From Utricularia gibba (Eukaryota > Plantae > Magnoliophyta): a stretch of DNA of 64,000 nucleotides. The notes beneath the pieces were generated by a model, which saw only the letters and a program-made list of their open reading frames with translations, ran no database searches and had not been told where the DNA came from. Positions 59,317-64,000 of the stretch are shown here, piece after piece. The translations under genes and the position numbers were made by a program. The stretch is taken from assembly GCA_002189035.1 (NCBI GenBank), contig CM007989.1:8370001-8434000 (forward strand), written 5' to 3'. Numbering within the stretch: position 1 is the first letter of the stretch; each line of letters opens with the position of its first letter.

Positions 59317-60866
59317 ATGCTTGGCTCAAATTGTGTTCAATTTCAACATTTGCGTCCTGTAATATCAACTTCGAACCGTAAATTAAGGCCTCCCGAGTTC
59401 TCCTCCAGATGCTTGGTTTCTCCTGCATGGACAGCTGGTAGTAATTCTGAAATTCAGATCAAGTTCTCGAAAAGGGTAAATTGTTTGTGTTTATGGTTGT
59501 AGCGTTCTCATCCAGCTTTTTCGGAAAATCGCTGCTCTTTGACTGAGAAATTTGAGTTTGTTTTCCTCCAGTATTGCTGTAGTTTTGGAACTTCTACGCT
59601 ATGATGCTCTTTAATAGAGCTGATTGAGCGGCTGGGATTTGCTTTTGTTGCGTAGTTGAATTTCATTGTTGCAGTCCGAGGAACATCGATTGAGAAATAG
59701 GCTTCTGTGTTCATCCTTGATCCGCCTGTACGCTATTACCAATATTTTTTCTCCTTCAGAGGTGGAAAGTCTCCTGCTTTCAGCATGACGAAGTTCCATC
59801 TGCAGCCGACGAACTGCATATCGATTCAGAAAACGGGGAGATCAAGCAACCTAGTTTTAAGAAAATAAATCTTCTCACAAGTTTCAAGGGGGTAAAATAT
59901 TGTACCTTGTCGCATTTGTAGTTGATGGCCTGGATTGCGTGCTCCCAATTCCAGAAAGTATATATTTCTGTCCATTGACTTGTGAAATCCTTTTGCAGAC
60001 TGTAGATGCAGTTTCTAGAGTAGTTGGAAAACCATGGAGTGTCCCATGGACTGCTGAGACCATTTCTCAGGTAAAATAAGAATAACATTGCTTTGTGCTC
60101 TCAGTCATTGAATTATTGAACCCTTTTTTGGTTGAAATAAAGATATGAATGATGTGGCGAATGGCTACTATTTAAGAATAAAATCCTGCTGACACAGGTA
60201 GTGCTTCTGTGGATTGCATCATTCTGGTTTGTTGGCTCTTGGATGATTCCTCTGGGAGCCCATTTAGTTGGTTTCAGCAAGCAGTCACTTAATTTTCGAG
60301 GGCAGGCTCTATTCAGCCTTTTGACTGACGTGGCAGAGGGTGTAGCCGGAATTCTAATTCTTCATCGCTGTTTATCTCGGTTTCGACCTCTTCCACCGGA
60401 CTGGTTCAAGTTCACTGTGAGAGGGAACTGGTTTGTTGACGTTGTGGTAGGATGCTTGACGTTTCCACTAGTCAACCGCCTCTCCCAGTTCAACATGGAC
60501 TTACTGCCTGTTCTGCCATCCACTCCGGTTACTCTCAGCAGCGTGGAGCAGTCCATCATGGCACGCGATCCAGTGGCGATGTCTCTGTATGCTTTGGTGT
60601 TAGTTGTGTGCGCTCCCCTGTGGGAGGAAGTCGTGTTCCGAGGGTTCCTTCTCCCTTCCCTGACCAGGTACATGCCCGTGGGATTCTCCGTCTTAGTAAG
60701 CTCCATTGCTTTCGCGCTGGCGCATTTCAACGTCCAAAGAATGCTGCCACTGATTTTCCTTGGAACCGTGATGGGGGTGACGTACGCACGGTCGAGGAAC
60801 CTGCTGCCGTGCATGCTGTTGCACAGCTTGTGGAATGGGTTCGTGTTCCTGGATCTGATGAAATGA
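59317..60866 (+). CDS. CAAX/Abi (CPBP) family intramembrane protease with plastid-like transit peptide, 4 exons
   Basis: KPWSVPWTAETISQ|VVLLWIASFW...APLWEEVVFRGFLL...FALAHF...LLHSLWNG. Confidence 0.92.
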
Positions 60867-62116
60867 ACACACATACATACATGCATGTAGGCGTTTGATT
60901 TGGGTGCAGTCCTGAGCGGAAACGGCTCTCCATGGGAGCCCACGGAGTTCTTGGGATTGGAGTAAACATCACTTGTTACATCTAAAACACTGTCTTCTCA
61001 CCCAATTGAATGCTCTTGTAAAAAGCGTAATGTTAATCAGGGATATGAAAGGCATGGAAGTGGGTGGCGATGTTGCCAGTTTCCTGCTGTGCTGCCCTAC
61101 AGGAACGAAATCTATTAAACCTTCTTTTTTTTTTTTGCAGTCTGGTGTGTTTTAGTCTTGGGTATGCATGTTATTGCTTGATGGATAGGTTAGTTGCCGC
61201 TGCAGACTCCTGTTTCCTCTCTAGAAAGAGGGTGGCTGGCTGGGTGTCAAGGTGCGGTTCCAGGAAGGCAGAATGTAGGAGGATCAGTCGAACAAACACC
61301 AGACGCATCAATCATACTTGAAGAACTTCCTGCATTAATTACTCGTGGAAAATCCCAAGCCTTGCACTTGAAAATCTAGACCTTTTTCATGTCGATGACT
61401 ACGTGGTCGATCACCCTCCCTGCGTCACAGCCATCTTTCTAATTCTCCGAATCTCTCCTCGAGGCCTACTACCAGGGCGAGGCTCTCGTAGATTTCGAAA
61501 AAGAAAACACACAAGATCCGGAGCTGGCATTAATTGGGCTCTCAAAGAATGAGGAAAAAGGGGGTGCCAACAGCCAATCCTCGAGGCTGCAAGTGCCGGA
61601 AGTCAAGAATGAATATGCTGCCACGGCTACGCCCCTTCTTTTCCGAGGAAATCAAACCATGAAACTCTTTCACGGGCACGAGTTCATGAGGAGCGAGGCT
61701 GGTTCCATTTCGATGCTAGATCTTGATCCGGCGTGCTCTGAGCAACAAAAATGGTGTCCTTCACGTCACGTAATGAGTGCATCATGGCTTGAGGCCACGA
61801 AGACGAAACCCGCCATACCCACGAACTTGAAGCATGATCCTACTCAACCGAATGGGTTTATTATCACGTAGGTAGTGCCCATCTCTTCGTACAAACACTT
61901 TCAAACCCTCGTGCTTTTTTTTTTTGTTTCCTAATCCTATCAACAACTAAACGGAGCTCGAATCCAATCCATGGGTTCCGGAGTACGTATCTTGACCAAT
62001 CTCATGAAATATTCTGTATTCATTTCTGTTGATACTTCCACTTTCTCTGCATTTTGACAGGCTTGCGTACCTATATATATGATGAGGATTGTGGGTTGTT
62101 CATTAGGCATTACCTC

Positions 62117-64000
62117 ATGGCAAAGAAGAGTATGGGTGCCTATGGGGTGATTTCCTTGCTTCTCCTGTTCTCCTGCGTTGCCAATTCGGAGAGCAATGAC
62201 TCCGCGCCATCCCCGGCGGCAACTTATATACAAGCTTTAAGCAAAGGGATTCTCTTCTTCGAAGGGCAACGTTCGGGAAGGTTGCCCAGCTCACAGAGAG
62301 TTACCTGGAGGGGAAACTCAGCTCTCACCGACGGCATGTCAGCCGGGGTTCGATCTTTAGCTACTTTTTAAGCAAGCAACCGTTCCACGCAAAATACTTG
62401 ATGCATTTCTGACGTCAGTCGCCATGCCTGGTGTTTTTGAAACTTGTCCATTAACATCTTGGATGATCAGGTAGATTTAACTGGAGGGTACTACGATGCT
62501 GGCGACAACGTGAAGTTTGTGTGGCCGATGTCCTTCTCTGTCGCTCTGTTGAGTTGGGCCGCCATCGAATACGGAAATGACGTAAACAACGCTGGTGAGC
62601 TCGGCAACCTCAGGACGGCCATCATGTGGGGAACCGATTTCTTGATCAAAGCTCACACTTCCGCCACCACACTCTACACTCAGGCAGGTTCCATGCAAGC
62701 CCTTCTCCCACCAATCAGCATTAAATTATATGTTTTTTATTTATAAAATGGGAATATCTTTGCTTGTGTGAAAAATACAGGTCGGGGATGGGTATAGTGA
62801 TCACAGTTGCTGGGAGCGGCCGGAGGATATGGACACACTTCGGACACCGTACAAGATTGATACCAACTCGCCAGGAAGTGAGGCCGCAGGTGATGCCGCC
62901 GCTGCCCTGGCGGCTGCATCAATTGTCTTCTCCAGCATTAACCGCAGCTACTCCTCCATCCTCTTGCAGCACGCTATATCGGTGTGAACTTTATTGCGTT
63001 AACAATCATCAATGTCCCATCTAGTAATATAATAACTCCCTGTGTAACCCTTTCTCACATGCACATGTTTTTTTTATAGTTGTTCAACTTTGCGAATGGA
63101 TACAGAGGATCTTACCAGAAATCTTGTCCTTTCTATTGCTCCTACTCTGGTTACCAGGTGCATAATTAGCACACACCCCCCCCCCCCCCCCCCGCTTTAA
63201 TGACATTAGAATTTATCAACTGAATACAGCATTGAGGGCTTATGGGCTTTCTTTACAAAGTCACGTGTGTCTTGTCTAGGACGAGTTACTTTGGGCAGCG
63301 GCCTGGCTGTACAAGGCAACCGGAAGCAGTCAGTATCTAGCTTATGTGACCTCCAACGTTGGGTGGTGCCGCACTGTTTCGGAGTTCAGTTGGGATGACA
63401 AGACTGCCGGAGCTCAGGCTCTGTTGGCAAGGGTAGATATAATTGAGAACTAACTAAAAACTGCATTTGCAATAAATGTGATTGCCTCTTACAGGAGTTT
63501 CTCAGAGGGATTAGCAGTTTATCAAGGTACAAAAGCGGCGCAGATTCGTTTGTGTGTGCGCTGATTCCAGGAAGCAGCTCTCTTCAAATCAGGACAACTC
63601 CTGGTGAGAACCCACGTTCTGAAATTCGTCAGCATGACCACATTCTCACTCTTTATTATTGATATCGTTACAATGTCACAGTGGGGGAATGATAGCGTTT
63701 TGAATTTGCAGGCGGCCTCCTGTTTACCAGAGATAGCAGCAATCTGCAGTATGCAGCGAGTGCTTCAATGGTTCTTTTGGTGTACTCGAAGTACCTGGCT
63801 GCAGCCGGTGCCAGTGGTGTCCGATGTGGTTCGACTACCTTCACGATCGCAACGATCAGAGCATTCGCAAAATCGCAGGTAAATTTCCTTCCCAAAAGCA
63901 CCCATCCAACTCGGTACATATCAATAATGGAGTGGCCCTCTCCGTATAACTTTTTTTTTCTAGGTATGAGTTGGTCTATTTATAGCTTAGTCCATATTCC
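62117..64000 (+). CDS. GH9 endo-1,4-beta-glucanase (secreted); 3' end runs off the window
   Basis: Signal peptide; [13 protein letters not shown]; [15 protein letters not shown]; [19 protein letters not shown]; [14 protein letters not shown]; NLQYAASAS. Confidence 0.96.

Noticed and set aside
1-64000. tRNA, rRNA, CRISPR arrays, prokaryotic operons, LTR or TIR transposons
   Set aside because: No T-loop/anticodon cloverleaf, rRNA sequence, regularly spaced repeat-spacer array, RT/integrase/transposase ORF or terminal repeats were seen.

Overview
This is eukaryotic DNA from a very gene-dense flowering plant (eudicot). I read 23 protein-coding genes, two pseudogene remnants and one microRNA locus in 64 kb. 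Many introns are short (about 70-150 nt) and I recognised no transposon. A miniature genome such as a Lentibulariaceae species is my inference only. Gene order: CSN5 (partial), KAKU4-like, P-type PPR (At2g02150/EMB2794-like), DUF1218, PIA1-like ankyrin, FEI-like kinase remnant, KAE1, RPC6, MIR398, LEA_2/NHL, PLS-E PPR, glycine-rich A3, mitochondrial RPS11, two tandem GRFs, SCAMP, NRP/DCD, UIEF-like, NDPK3, HIZ2/ZC3H13-like, CRF-type AP2/ERF, LRR-III receptor kinase, 6PGD pseudogene, dirigent, CAAX/Abi protease, GH9 endoglucanase (partial). The strongest non-obvious signals are three. (1) A MIR398 hairpin with a 5'-C variant sits behind 10 GTAC copper-response cores, six of them in a local tandem duplication. 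(2) Both GRF paralogs share a spliced leader with three conserved upstream AUGs and an upstream block carrying TCP and CCAAT sites, in addition to their miR396 sites. (3) The LRR kinase has a GC-rich 75-nt intron flanked by an 11-bp direct repeat, a signature of recent intron gain. Four apparent frameshifts all fall in G/C homopolymers and are probably assembly errors. Two spliced-looking transcription units have no recognisable product. Gene names come from my recall of protein family sequences; no database search was run.
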